A stretch of DNA of 64,000 bases, from NCBI RefSeq assembly GCF_009914755.1, contig NC_060929.1. One strand, given 5' to 3'. This document shows positions 17,376-30,885 of the stretch, piece after piece. The DNA comes from the human T2T-CHM13v2.0 reference genome, Homo sapiens. The first letter of the stretch is position 1, and the number at the start of each line of letters is the position of its first letter. A program made the position numbers and the translations under genes. The notes under the pieces were generated by a model that saw only the letters and a list, made by a program, of their open reading frames with translations, searched no databases and was not told the DNA's origin.

Positions 17376-19879
17376 GAATTGTTCTTGTTCCTTTTATTGT
17401 AACTATTATTATTAATTAAATAAGAATAACAACACTGACCTCAGGAGATTATTGTACAGGAAGACTTTCAACACCATAACTGGTTTTTGGAGCATATGCA
17501 TCTGTAATTAGTTTTGGGGCATATGCATTTGCATATGCATCTGGAGATGGGAATAAGGCATGCAGTGTTTACAAAACAGTGAACACAAAACCTTATGAGA
17601 GCTAAGCATAGAATTCAAGTCCAACTGAACAAAAAAGAAACAAGTTTCATACTGGAAGATGTTGGTTAAATGCTTTGAGATGGGAAAACTGGAAGTCTTT
17701 TGCTTTGGTTTAGATTAGCAATGTGTTTAATCATTTGTAGCAATTGTATTACAATTGTATAATGGCCCCCACCTGGGGTGAAGGCAAAGATTCTGAACAT
17801 ACAAGGCTGTGCATCAGAGTGGAATGAGGCCATTATTTCCTTTGGGTAAGATTCATTTCTCTTGCACGAAAACACCCGGTGCTCTTTGTTTTTCAGTTCA
17901 ACATTTCTAGTGGAAATAATTTATGGTAATACAGGCAGATATCACGGAGCATGTAAGGAACTGAAATAAATTTGAGTCTCAAATGAGAAACCTTGGAGTG
18001 TTGACAATAGCAAGATGGTCCTTTGGAAACAGCAGGTCTCATTATTTTTCCACACTGATCATCAAGGGATTTGGCTGTAAGGGGTGGTTAAGTGGCTGAA
18101 GTTTTAGTTTTGACTTCCTTCTCCTCTACTGAGACAATTACTGTCAGGGTCAATTAGTCTTCCCAAATTTGCAGATAAAGTTCTATGCCATTATCATTTC
18201 AGATATTGTTAAAGCAAGTCTCAAATACCACAAGTCTGTCAGCTGTAAATGGGCATTAAAAGTCTCTGACAATATTGTCTTGTGGTTTAGTTCCAACTTT
18301 TCTCTTTTATTTTTTCCTTTCTTGAAATTAAATTAAAATAAAAATAAATTAAAATTAAAATAAAAAATAAATTTAAATTTAAATTTAGGAAAGGTTTTGG
18401 CAAATTTTGTATCTTGAGATACATACCATTAATAAGATTTGAACTAAAGGATGTTGAGCTAAAATAATTAATGTAATTAAAGTAATTAATGTAAATATTT
18501 AGACAGAAATCTTGATATTTAAATGCATTTTTCACTGATATAATCAATTTGCATTCCTCTGTAAGAGACTAATTCAACAAGTAAAAATGATTGATTTCAA
18601 TGAATTAGAGCAATTGAAAGATGCATCTCTAAAATGCTACTAAATACATAATATTTCTTCAAACTATGATATTATCTGTTTTCGGATAGAGAAAAAAATT
18701 GTAAACTTTTCTGATTATTCTGATTCCGACTCAAGTAGAAAACAAAATAAAACATAAATACTCTAAGTGTTTAAGTCCTCAGAATTCTGAACAAAAGAAC
18801 AAAAATAATTTGAACACCATACATTTCCTCCTGCTAGGGTTGGACATTTGGTTTTATGAAGGTCATTTCCCAAATGCTTCTCACAATTAAGCATGCAATA
18901 TCGCTGCTCTGTTAAGATGGGATAAGGTGACGTCCCTGTTTTATGAAACTCATTACCAACAACTCAGTGTGCACCTAAATAGCCTCTGAAGAAAAACAAT
19001 GTGCCCAATTCCTGTTTGTGTGGCACATAAATATAATGTTGAAAACTGTTGTGTGTCTTCTTTGGGGAAACATATCTGAAATTGTTCATGTGTCTAGTAG
19101 CAAATGTTTATGGATGGATTTTCTTCCTGCCTCCCTCACAGCATCCTATCAACATTAGAGATACAAACTGAAAGAGATTGCAGAGGGAATGACTCAAGCC
19201 TAGGAAGAATTGACAACTAGTATTTCTTACATGTACTTCCTTTTTAGAAAGCTATAAAGGATGAGTATTTTAATGGTTGAGGAAGAAAAACATGCCAACA
19301 ATTCTATACCAATAAATTATTCTCTGCCCTTGAGAAATACCATGAGGATGTGATGAACTCAATGGGGTTGCTGGTACTGAAATAAATGAAGAAACAGGAT
19401 CCCTCTGGTCTTACTGTTCCATCTCATGCAGCAAGAGGCCTTTAAAATCTCTCTACATTGACATGGAGAAAAATATAATAAGGACGTGACATGTCGAAAG
19501 GGTCAAGCCTCAGAAATGAGAATTGGTTGCAAAAAATATGTTATATTCACACAGTGAAATGCTTTATAACAATTATTTTAAAATTGTACTGCTGATATAT
19601 GCTGGCTTAAGAATTTATAGATGGTACCTGTTCACTCAAAACTTTTAAATAACCAGATCTTCTATATCTTTACATTTTTATTTGCTTGGCATGTAAGTAA
19701 CCCAAAGTGATGGAGTATATTATGGCCATTATAGTACTAAACTGTGCAGCTTTTCTTGTAGATGTATTGACTGTATTATTTGTGTGTTTGGAGCTATTAG
19801 GTCCAAACAAGATAAAATTATTGTATTTCTCTCAAGAATTGGACCTTTCTCATGCTATGACTACCTCTATTCCTAATGA

Positions 19880-20830
19880 TGTTCCTTTCAAAAATTTTTC
19901 TGGTAAAGTTTTCTTTTTTTATGTTATTTTAACTGTTCAAACTTTATTTTGTGTATTACTTTCCTGTTATATTTATTCCTTATACTTGTACTCTAATACT
20001 TGTCCTTGTGTTTTTAGGTGAATCTCTTAGAAGTAACATAAACTTTGATCTTTATTCCACTGTGATGATAATTTTTGTCATCTACCTAGTGAATTTATTG
20101 TCTTTGTGATTACTGGGATTATAGATAAGCTGAGATGTTTCTCACATCTTTGGGTTTTTGGTTGTGGTGTTGTAGTTCTACTTTCTCTATAATGCACCCT
20201 TCATTCTTGCCTTCTTTTCAATAAATTAAGTTTTTAAATTTTGTCTCAATTTTTATCCTCTACTAACTTAGATGTTTCTAAATATATATCCCATTTTAAG
20301 TGTTTAACTTCAACAAATATACATGTACACTTCACAAGTTCTAAAGTCAATCCGTATCTACCTTCCATTCAAATAAGATGTGTTTACATGTTTAACTCTG
20401 CCAGCCTAACAACTTATGTTTTTTTTTTTGCCAAAACTTTACTTTTACACCTTTAATTAAGCATTATGTAATACTATTTTACAAACACTATTTGTAAAAC
20501 ACAATAAATATTGTATTTTGTATTTATTGTATTGTAAATATGGGATACATATGAACAAATACTGTTTGTTCATATGTATCCCATATTTACCAATTTCTAT
20601 ATATGTTTTTACTCTTTGCAACTCAAACTTTCATTCTAATGTCATTTCTCTTCTGCTTGAAAGTTCTTAAGTGAGGATTTATGGTTGTTAAACAGTCTCA
20701 GTTTTTTCCCTTTAATAATGCCTTTAGTTTGTCCTCATTCTTGAAAAACAGCTTATCTTTTCACAAAATTTTAGATTGACAGATTCTGTCTTTCAAGAAT
20801 TCGATTACATTTTTTGAGTATTTAGTTGCT
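19880..20830 (-). mobile_element. Ancient L1M (ME/MC-type) 5'/ORF1 region
   Basis: T-rich antisense L1M motifs (ttaggtgaatctcttagaagtaacata, gcctttagtttgtcctcattcttgaa, aattttagattgacag); boundaries approximate. Confidence 0.6.
20477..20590. repeat. Three adjacent inverted repeats, the last with perfect 26-bp arms
   Basis: Arm pairs 20477-85/20491-99, 20501-10/20521-30 and 20534-59/20565-90. Confidence 0.95.
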
Positions 20831-22663
20831 GAAGGCTAAGACTGCTGCACTGCCAGAAACAAAGTTATATTACTTTATGGTTTTTTTTTTTTTCAACCAA
20901 TGTTTGCTACAACAGTCTTTATCATCACAGGCAGGTAAAGGCTAACTTATTTCTGTTCCTTTAATATTTAATGCTATCAAATGTCTATCTTCTGACTCAC
21001 AGTCCCTAAATAAAATGCTTATAACTTTGATCTTCCATTTGTTAAAGAATTCTTAGAGGTCTAGAATATCTTAAAAACATAGAACCTATTTCATTCCACA
21101 CAGTGTAGAGGCAACCTGAATGTGGAAAGCGGAGATGAGAAACAAACGTCTATTAAATTATTTCTCCAGCTAGATATGATGGTACATACTTTATACACAA
21201 AATCTCACTGACTTCAAACAACAAATATGTGAGGTTTGTATCATCATTCTTATTTTACAGGTAAGCGTCTAAGATTCTAAGCTGGGATGTGTTCTATTTT
21301 ACCTGCTGGTTGTGATTCTGTAAGCTCTTTGAAGGGAAGTGCACTGTCTTGTTCATCTTTCTATTCCCAGTACAGTCTTTGTTGTTGAGTGCAACCATTC
21401 TGGTGCTTATGTCCAGGTCAAGGTAGTCAATTGGTACAATTCTGAACTTGGCCTCTTTCTTCACTCCCTCAGAAGAAGTGGAATGACTTATCTGGTTGAT
21501 AAATTTGGAAAGAATAAACGGAACATGCTTAAATTTCTCTCCCCGACTTTTTTCTTATATGGACATGAGCGGCTGCCCACAGAGATTAGCTGCTCTTTCC
21601 CTCTCTACCACACCTTCACTCCTACCTGGTCTGTCTTTGAACACATGAGAGGCTGCCTTAGCCCAATATTACCATAGCATGATAGGTAAGTCTGCCTAAT
21701 TTGGGGATTTAATTAACAGGCCTATTTGTTTTTACACAAAACTAAATTGTTTAACTTGATTTTTATTAATAAAATGGTGATATTTACACCTCCCACTTAT
21801 CTTACATTTTGTCTTATTTCTTATTTTGTTTAAAATCTGGCGAGGGAAAAGGGATACTGCTCAAAGACCACAATGCTGGTATAGAATGTTCTACAAAATG
21901 TATTAAGGCATTAAATTAATAGATTCATAGGTACTTCCACTTCATTGAACAATTCCTTTCCTTTAGAATTCTCTGTTGTTGTATTAAAAAATAAACTAAG
22001 CCTAACCCAAAATAGGTCTACATTTAATACACGTTGAATGTTTATTGCTGAATATTAATGACTTTATGTTTTTCCTGTTTTTAGAATTTCCATTTCTACA
22101 GATGCTTTTCCTTTTTTTAGAAGTCCCATAATTAATAAGTTCATGACTTATTAATTATGAATTTTTAGGAATTAGAAAAAGGGTAGTGGTAGAATATTTC
22201 AGGAGGATTTTTTATGCTGCTTGAATCATACCACATAGAATATCATTTAATCTACCCGCAAATAAATTTAGCTCTCCTTTCACATTCAAAATTTCTCTCT
22301 TATCAATAGTTTGTAACATTCCAATTTAAGGAATGCCTGAGATTATAAGAAAATAAGAACTTAATTAAATCCACACAGTATCCAGGTGGAAGAGAACCTT
22401 TAAGTATCCATTGATTGCCAAACATTAATTGCCAGACTATATTTTCAATAAATATTTGATTAATGAGAATCAATCAATAAATGAATTAAACTCATAAGTA
22501 AAATTCCATTTCATAAAACAAAAGAATTCTCAGGCACATCAGATAAAATCTAGGATTCACCTTTTATCTAAGAGAACTCTCAAGTGGAAGCTTAATTTGT
22601 AAAATAGGTCAATATAATGCTCTACCTCTTCTCCTAAGCCTTCAGTGAAGATGAAGGTCACTT

Positions 22664-23169
22664 TGAGAGGTGAAGCCAGCTACACTTCCTGGGTGGAGTG
22701 GGGACTTGGAGAACTTTTCTGCCTTACAAGAGGATTGTAAAACGCACCAATCAGCGCTCTGTAGCCAGGATTGTAAAACGCACCAATCAGTGCTCTGTAG
22801 CTAGCAAGAGGATTGTAAAATGCACCAATCAGCGCTCTGTAAAACGCACCCATCAGCAGGATCCTAAAAGTAGCCAATTGGAGGGAGGATTGAAAAAAGG
22901 GCACTCTGATAGGACAAAAACGGAACATGGGTGGGGACAAATAAGCGAATAAAAGCTGACCACCCCAGCCAGCAGGGGCAACCCACTCGGGTCCCCTTCC
23001 AGGCTGTGGAAGCTTTGTTCTTTCGCTCTTCACAATAAATCTTGCTCCTGCTCACTCTTTGGGTCTGTGCCATCTTTCTGAGCTGTAACACTCACCGTGA
23101 AGGTCCGTGGCTCCATTCTTGAAGTCAGTGAGACTACGAACCCACCGGAAGGAAACAACTCCGGACACA
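22664..23169 (+). mobile_element. ERV9 solo LTR (LTR12 family)
   Basis: tgagaggtgaagccagc ... ccggacaca termini; TSD actt (22660-63 and 23170-73); tandem gcaccaatcagc(g)ctctgt CCAAT repeats, a GATA site, TATA-like aataaaa (~22948) and polyA aataaa (~23034). Confidence 0.93.
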
Positions 23170-24053
23170 ACTTCTGAGCTTTCAAACCTGTATTTATGGA
23201 CAGAAAAATCTCAGCTCCAGAGAGAAGGTACTGCCTATGGCCAAGCATAATGAGTAGCAGGAACTTTGCTGGTATCCTGTTTTTCTCACTCTGGTCCAGT
23301 GTTTGTGCTTGTTTAACCTCCATTCCTCCATGATGTTAGTGGTCAAGACCCCCAGGATATTTTAGCCAGAATGGTTCTCTATATATGCTATTAAAATGGC
23401 ATTACAAGTGACTTCAGGAAACTTTAAAGCCTCCCTGGGATAATGACTTCTCTTTGTTCTATTCATTCTCAGCTAGCTGAACTAGAATAATACTTTTAAA
23501 GGAATCCCCAGACATAAGACCTAGTTAAAGTCTTTTGTAAACAAGAATAAGAAGGGAGATGAAGAATGACTGTTTTTTCCTGTTCTGTGTATAAACTATA
23601 GAAAGAGAGACATTTGCCATTTGGACTAGGGCATTCAAGCAGTCTGGTCTTGGACAATTTAGAATAATAAAGAAAACTCCAAGTTCTTTCAGAATAAACC
23701 ACATATATTGTAATTAAACACAGATCTCCTTAGTAAGTTTTCTTCTATTACAACATTATTTTCCCACTCCCACCCCAAGGATACAGGCTGTCATGGAGTT
23801 GTGTTTACACAAGAGATACAATAGATGGAAAGCAACTTAAAGCACAACTATAATTTTAGAGTTCATAAAATATTACAAATTCATTTATTTTGAGTTAAAC
23901 AAAGACCAGAATGTTTTCTGGTTTCAAAGACATAGGATGCATCACATGAGCCATGAAAACCTCCAAAGATTCTTTCAGACAAATGACATTTGTCTTAAGT
24001 AAGTTATATTCTTTTAGACTAAATAATCACAGCCACAGGGAAATAGATCCTAG

Positions 24054-25206
24054 TGATGCCAGAGTTCTGGGAAGGGAAGAGTGTGGTCCCTTTAAATGAT
24101 ATGGAAGAGAGAAAGGGAAGTACTGGGTGGAGGTGAGTGTGGTCCCTGGCTAGGGCTCCACACCATGGACCCAGGTGAGGACAGGCACTCCTGCTTTGGA
24201 GCCCAAATGTTGCATTTTCCAAGACCACCCTAGCCTGGACCTATAAAAACTTGAGACCTGCTGGATGCAGTGGCTGGTGCCTGTGATACGGGCACTTTGG
24301 GAGGCTGAGGCGGGTGGATCACCTGAGGTCAGGAGTTCGAGACCAGCCTGGCCAACATGGTGAAGCCCCTCTCTACTAAAAATACAAAAACATTAGCCGG
24401 GCGTAGTGGTGCATGCCTGTAATCCCAGCTACTCGGGAGGCCTAGGCAGGGGAATCTCTTGAACCCAAGAGGCGGAGGTTGCAGTGAGCCAAGAATGCAC
24501 CATTGTACTCCAGGCAACAAGAGTGAAACTCCGTCTCAAAACAAAAACTAAAACAAAAACTTGAGACCTTAGTGGGCAGATACACAAGAGGCTGGACGTT
24601 GAGAGGAGCAGATCCGCGAAAGAAGGCACAGAGACAGGTGGACGTGGAGAGAAGCACATTGGCGGAGGAACACACAGGCGGTTGGACTTCTAGAGGAAAG
24701 CACCGACAGGCACGGGCACACCAGCAGGCCACCAACTGGCAGAACGACGTGGAGTTTGGCCAGGGCAGTCAGAGAAGAGCCCGGGCTACTGATGGCCAAC
24801 TCCAGGGGAAAGCTATCTCCCTTCTATGTCCCCCATCTGCTGAGAGCTACTTCCACTCAATAAAACCTTGCACTCATTCTCCAAGCCCAGGTGTGATCCG
24901 ATTCTTCCAGTACTCCAAGGCAAGAACCCAGGATACAGAAAGCCTTCTCTCCTTGCAACAATAAGAGGGTCTAATTGAGCTAACACAAGCCGCCTATAGG
25001 CAAACTAAAAGAGCACCCTGTAACACACAACCACTGGGGCTTCAGGAGCCATAAACATTCACCCCTAGACACTGCCTTGGGGTCGGAGCCCCACAGCCTG
25101 CACATCTATATGCTCCCCTAGAGGTCCCAGCAGCGGGGCACTGAGGAAGTGAGCCACACCCCCATCGCACGTCCTGTGAGGGAACAAGGGAACTTTTCCC
25201 ACTTCA
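24054..25206 (+). mobile_element. ERV1 solo LTR, LTR1 family (HUERS-P2-type), split by an Alu
   Basis: TG...CA ends with near-TSD ctag/caag; cccaaatgttgcattttccaagaccaccc, cctataaaaac, repeated tggacgt units, cactcaataaaaccttgcac. Confidence 0.82.
24260..24554 (+). mobile_element. AluSx/Sq inserted at the LTR TATA box
   Basis: 15-bp TSD aaaaacttgagacct at 24245-24259 and 24555-24569. Confidence 0.95.
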
Positions 25207-25796
25207 CAAGTTAGTTGTAACAATGTCCATAGCAATACCTTCTGATACTACAATCATTGACTATCCAGGGAAATCTGGAGTCCTCTGGCAATATGAGAAG
25301 ATGGTCCTGGTTTCAATTTCTTCTGAGACTGGATTGCTGTCATGACATTTGTCATAATGGAGGAGTAGGCTATGCTTAATCTCACCTTAGTTCAAAAGGA
25401 TACATTTTGATACTTACAACCTTTCACAATCTTCTTTTATTAAAAAACAAGATACATATTGAGGGTGGCTCCAATTGGAATAAAACAGAGTTTCTAGACA
25501 TTAGCTCTTAAGTGACAGGAAGATATCTGAAGGTGTCAAATTTGCTTAATAATTTTTTGCCTGTGTCTCCAGGGTTAGCCACTGAAATATGTGTACCTCT
25601 AGCATCCTGAATAAATCCAATAATCCTCCCCAACTCCATCACTGTAAATAAATTGCATCCCATAATAAACATCATGAGCATTTACAAATAGTAATAGGGA
25701 AGTGAGATCACTGAGGACTTGGTCTCCATTTTGAAATGATTTGCCCTTGTTATTCCCAAATTACATTGTTTCATGTTCTCCATGCACCTTTTCTAG

Positions 25797-25894
25797 TTGC
25801 CCTTAAACACTGGAAATTTCCCAGATGGATCTTGGTTTTATTCAATGATTTGGTGTGATAAGTAATATTTGGGTCCTTCCCATAAAGAGAGGAG
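25797..25894 (+). other. Candidate 98-nt exon (probably non-coding)
   Basis: Pyrimidine-rich acceptor catgcaccttttctag and consensus donor GAG|GTGAGT. Confidence 0.35.
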
Positions 25895-26552
25895 GTGAGT
25901 AGCATACTATAAAAATTTTGTATTTCAACTAGCAAGAAGAAGAAAACCAAACATTCTAAGAAAACTGAGTGAAAATTGTTACTGTGGTTAACAGAGAAAT
26001 AATAAAGGATGGCAGAATACCATATCTATTCATGCCTGACCCTAGATATAAAAGGAGAATTGTTAATCAAATTTGGCTAGCCTGCACTACCGTGCCACTT
26101 CAGTGGTATTGTGTAGAATGTCTGATTCCAATTGGAGCAACTTTTATTGCCTGCCTTTTCCCTCAGCTTCTTTCACTGTATCACAATTTTAGAGGATATT
26201 AGCTGTCTTTACCTATAATCAGAATCATATATAACAATATTTTGCATAATTCTTTGCATGAAGTAAACAATCATTTGCAAACTTTATTTTGATTTTTTTA
26301 CTTACCCTCTAAATTAGGTAATATTTCGCAAGTCCACATGGTATGTGAAATTGTCCATGTACTCATATGGATTTTCAATATTGAGAAAGACATTTTGCAC
26401 ACTAAAAAAATCTGTAAGACCAAGAGATGTTAATTTTAGATTTTCAAATATCGAATTTAACATAATAAAATAGAGAGGGAACACTCAAACAAATGTAGCC
26501 TTGAGTTTTATAGAGAGATTGCTTCTTTTGCATTCAAGTAAGTGCAGCTGAT

Positions 26553-27072
26553 TGTGGTAGGCAGAAGAAAAATGGCTCCCACAAAGATGTCCATATCCAC
26601 ATTTTCGGAAGCTATAAATATGTTGTGATATATGGCAAAGTGGATTTAAGATTGCAGATGGATTTAAGGTGGCTAATCAGTTAACTTTAAAATAGGAAGA
26701 TTATACTAGATTATCTATGTGTGCCCAAAGTAATCCAAGGGCTAGGAAAAGGTGGAAGAAGGAGAGAGAAGACTCACTGTTAAGAGTGATACAGCAAGAG
26801 AAAGACTTTACTAGCTATTGCTGGGTTTGACGATGGAAAGAAGCCACAAGCCAAGTAAAGTAGGCAGCCTTTAGAGTTGGAAAAAGTATGAAAAACTAAT
26901 TTTCCTCTAGAAGGAACAATGCAGAAGGAACACAGCCCTGCTATACCTTGATTTACTCCAATGAGACCCATTTCAGATTTTTGACCTCCAAAACTGTAAG
27001 ATAATAAATATGTGCTGTTTTTAGCCATCAAGTTTACAGTAGTTTGTTACAGCATATTTGGAAATTAATACA
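26553..27072 (+). mobile_element. MLT1D-like MaLR solo LTR
   Basis: tgtggtaggcagaa...aatggctccc...aaagatgtcc start; ends agtttgttacagc...gaaattaataca. Confidence 0.88.
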
Positions 27073-27246
27073 ATATCCTCATAGATATGTTATGTTTTTA
27101 TAGGAATTGATAGTCTTTCAACTTCTTCTTAAGGCTTCCGGATATGTAGTTAAAATGACAAAGTTCAACTGCTTCTATAAAACCTGAGGCTTTATTGCTT
27201 CAATTATTATTTTCTTAGTACCACTTAACATCACTTGAAATGATTT

Positions 27247-29542
<2,296 letters not shown>

Positions 29543-29548
29543 TGATTT

Positions 29549-29713
29549 CATGTGTTTGTTTGTTGCTGTTTCCTTTAGTACAAAGTAAGTTGCATGAGAG
29601 CAGGCCTTTAATCTGCTCTGCTCATTGGGTTCAATGCCTAGAAAAGTACCTATCACATATTGGGTATTCCATATATGTTGATTAAATGAATGGATGAATA
29701 AATGAGTGAATGA
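29549..29713 (+). mobile_element. L2 3' end, continuing from ~27200-27246 and split by the L1 insertion
   Basis: gtaagttgcatgagagcagg, tgcctagaaaagtacct, tgaatggatgaataaatgagtgaatga tail. Confidence 0.7.
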
Positions 29714-30169
29714 TAGATAGTCAGTAGCAATGAATATTTGAGTGAAATAAATCAATAAATTGGAGCTATTCTTCTCATTTTCCTAAAGTATGTGAGTGAG
29801 AATACATGTTATGGTTAATGCTTCCCGATGAAGTTAACCTTAATTTTTTTTCATTGCATTGCTTTTTTTGCCTCAAGAATAAATGTGTTTTCTTTATTGA
29901 TTTGCATATTCAGTATTCACATGTACTAATCCATGCCTCTGCAGTCACTCTGTAGATTTAGACTGATCATTTTTCTCTTCTTACTTCCAACAAATCCCTT
30001 TGGGAATTTTTAATGTAAGCACAGCTGGAAATACGTGCAGTCAAGGTTTTATGCCCAAGAATACAGTGACCCTTTGATGAATGAGGATTTTCTACAACTG
30101 ATTTTTTCTTGTGAAATGTCTCCCATTTTAGCAAGTTGCTACAACCTCCTACCTTCCCTGTCCCATTCG

Positions 30170-30682
30170 TCTCCTGGAGACAATTTCTGAGCTCCTGGAA
30201 TACCCTGCCTGATAATATTTCCATAAGCCTGAGGCCTTGGGCCATGCTATGGCAATTTGAGCATATAAGTTTATCCTAACAGTCTGATTTATGGTGAATA
30301 CCTGATTTTGCTCTTGAGGTTACAGTCTGGTGGGTGAGGTCAGTCACAGAAGCACTGAATGTGTGCATGACTGACAACCAATAAAAAACCCTGGTGACCA
30401 AAGCTGGGGGGAGCTTCCCTGATGGCCAATACTTTGCATGTGTTGTCCCACATTGCTGCTGGGAGAGTTGTGTGCATCCTCATGGGACTCCACTGGAGAG
30501 AAAAACTTGTAGCTTGATTTCTTCTGGCCTTCATCCCATGGGCCTTTTCCCTTTGCCGATTCTAATCTCTACGTCTGTTCTCTGTAATAAACAATAACTA
30601 TTAGTATAGCAGCTTTTCTGAATCATGTGAGTTGTTTCATTCAATCATCAAGTCTTAGGAGGGTCCTGTGGAACCTCCTGAC
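30170..30682 (+). mobile_element. MER21-like LTR
   Basis: ccaataaaaaaccctgg, gagcttccctgatggccaatact, gactccactggagag, ctgtaataaac; 5' boundary approximate. Confidence 0.72.
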
Positions 30683-30885
30683 CCAATTCATTAATTTGTG
30701 TATTCCTCATGATAACCCTATGAAGTTGGTTTGAGTTTTTACCTTCGTCTCAGAGATGAGGACACTAAGAGTTATTTTGCCAAAGGTGAAGCTAATCTAA
30801 CAAAAATGGAAAGTAAATAAGAAATAACAATTTTTTTATATTTGAATATTTAAATATTTCTGCCTTTTAAGATAACAATCAAATA

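Noticed and set aside
18325-18390. AT-only tract with short palindromes
   Set aside because: Low-complexity A/T sequence in which self-complementarity is expected by chance.
22730-22860. Spaced direct repeats resembling a CRISPR-like array
   Set aside because: They are the known CCAAT-containing tandem units of LTR12 U3, with no unique spacers or cas genes.
24572-24964. 130-aa plus-strand ORF
   Set aside because: Lies wholly in the GC-rich LTR1 R/U5 region, starts at a non-ATG codon and has no recognisable domain.
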